The notes under the pieces are model-generated. The model had not been told where the DNA came from. It did no database searches and saw only the letters and a program-made list of their open reading frames with translations. Source: an uncultured Clostridia bacterium (GTDB lineage Bacteria > Bacillota > Clostridia > Christensenellales > UBA1242). From it: a DNA stretch of 64,000 nucleotides. This document shows positions 63,294-64,000 of this stretch, piece after piece; within the stretch, counting starts at the first letter, position 1; every line of letters begins with the position of its first letter. The DNA lies in NCBI GenBank assembly GCA_937893125.1, contig CALBHW010000059.1, positions 17,838 through 81,837 on the forward strand. Reading direction: 5' to 3'. The translations under genes and the position numbers were made by a program.

Positions 63294-63331
63294 TTTTTTT
63301 AAAAATAATAGCAAAAAAATTAAAAAATGAT

Positions 63332-63371
63332 AAAAAACGCATTAGATTTGTGATAATCTAATGCGTTTTTT
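63332..63371. terminator. Bidirectional-type terminator hairpin, copy 1 (after the Rho-like gene)
   Basis: A6, then an 11-bp perfect stem CGCATTAGATT / AATCTAATGCG with a 6-nt loop, then T6. Confidence 0.75.
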
Positions 63372-63468
63372 GTGTTTTTAAAAGGTCATCATTTTTCTTA
63401 TATTTAAAGGCGTTACTTTTTAGTTATAGCTAAAAATTTAAATTTTAGTGTAAAGATAGGTTTGTAAT

Positions 63469-63507
63469 AAAAAACACATTAGGTTTTAACAATCTAATGT
63501 GTTTTTT
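63469..63507. terminator. Bidirectional-type terminator hairpin, copy 2 (downstream of the convergent - strand gene)
   Basis: A6, then an 11-bp stem CACATTAGGTT / AATCTAATGTG with one G-U pair and a 5-nt loop, then T6. Lies 59 nt past the - strand gene's stop. Confidence 0.7.
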
Positions 63508-63565
63508 GTATATTTTATCCTTTTAAGAATATTTTTGCTTTTATTCTTACTTTTTTAGGTAAAGC

Positions 63566-64000
63566 CTATTTTACTCTCATACGAGTACGAAGTTTAATGA
63601 TAACAATTATAAGCACTGTAACCGCTACGACTGAGACAATAATAATGATGATTGCAAATGTGTTAAGCGGGTCGGTTTTGTTGACTCTAAACGATGAAAT
63701 TGTGTTGCCAGTCTCAGTTTTTACTTGAATGAAGTATGAATATGACCTTGTAAGAGTGAAGGTCGAGATTGATGATGTTTCATTTTCGTCGATAGCAAAT
63801 CTTGCAAATTCATAGAACGCGTTTGAGTCTGTATTGTAGACATAAACTACGATATAGCACCTTCCGAGTTGGTTATAGATGTAACTTGGATTGTAAGAAA
63901 CGTCAATATTTGATGTCGTCGTTTCACCATATGGAATGCTACACGAAATTGATGGGACATAGTCGTTAATAAGGAACGAGTAGGTAAGTTGGTCGGTCGC
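63566..64000 (-). CDS. C-terminal fragment (144 aa) of a tail-anchored/extracytoplasmic protein; 5' end outside the window
   Basis: Not in the ORF track because no start lies in the window. The - strand frame is open from 64000 to the TAG at 63566-63568. It ends ...FRVNKTDPLNTFAIIIIIVSVVAVTVLIIVIIKLRTRMRVK*, a hydrophobic helix plus a basic tail. The upstream part is beta-rich (YIVVYVYNTDSNAFYEFARFAI). Confidence 0.55.
   Translation of the reverse strand, partial: ATDQLTYSFLINDYVPSISCSIPYGETTTSNIDVSYNPSYIYNQLGRCYIVVYVYNTDSNAFYEFARFAIDENETSSISTFTLTRSYSYFIQVKTETGNTISSFRVNKTDPLNTFAIIIIIVSVVAVTVLIIVIIKLRTRMRVK

Noticed and set aside
1-64000. Scan for rRNA, tRNA, CRISPR arrays, T-box/riboswitch hallmarks, transposases, integrases and phage genes
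   Set aside because: I recognised none by eye. Spacers are AT-rich with terminator hairpins only. Absence should be confirmed with tRNAscan-SE, Infernal and ISEScan.

Overview
AT-rich (roughly one-third G+C by eye) chromosomal segment from an endospore-forming, Clostridia-like Firmicute. Almost all coding is on the + strand. Positions 2-33320, just over half the window, hold two tandem co-directional paralogous giant ORFs. The first has 5,395 aa visible and is still open at the left edge. The second is a complete 5,626-aa predicted lipoprotein. Both consist of Ig-like arrays and repeated modules: a 'cap' (..DIDLS..[YF].PIG...F.G.FDGNG..I..L) followed by long arrays of GG[ILVF][IVA]G rungs, which resemble the GLUG motif of large bacterial surface proteins. 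This pair is the most unusual content of the window. The remaining ~30 kb is a compact housekeeping and sporulation neighbourhood. In order it contains: a small Cys-motif peptide (- strand) divergent from an ArsR-family regulator, uvrC, a membrane-anchored hypothetical, murB, whiA, dnaE, pfkA, a small - strand hypothetical, greA, holB-ricT-YabB-like methyltransferase, spmA/spmB (- strand), tatD, rsmA/ksgA, two uncharacterised proteins (one a lipoprotein), spo0A, an acidic double zinc-ribbon protein, veg, a SipL/SpoVID-like LysM protein, spoIIR-sleB-ypeB, a Rho-derived protein with no P-loop, and a partial tail-anchored - strand ORF. Secondary points of interest are: the ATPase-dead Rho paralog; a perfect inverted pair of consensus DnaA boxes between tatD and ksgA; an apparently leaderless tatD; candidate 0A boxes upstream of spo0A; a contiguous spoIIR-sleB-ypeB unit; and a duplicated terminator hairpin with a compensatory base-pair change. 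I recognised no rRNA, tRNA, CRISPR array, transposase, integrase or phage genes. All family assignments come from motif recognition by eye and need HMM or structure confirmation.
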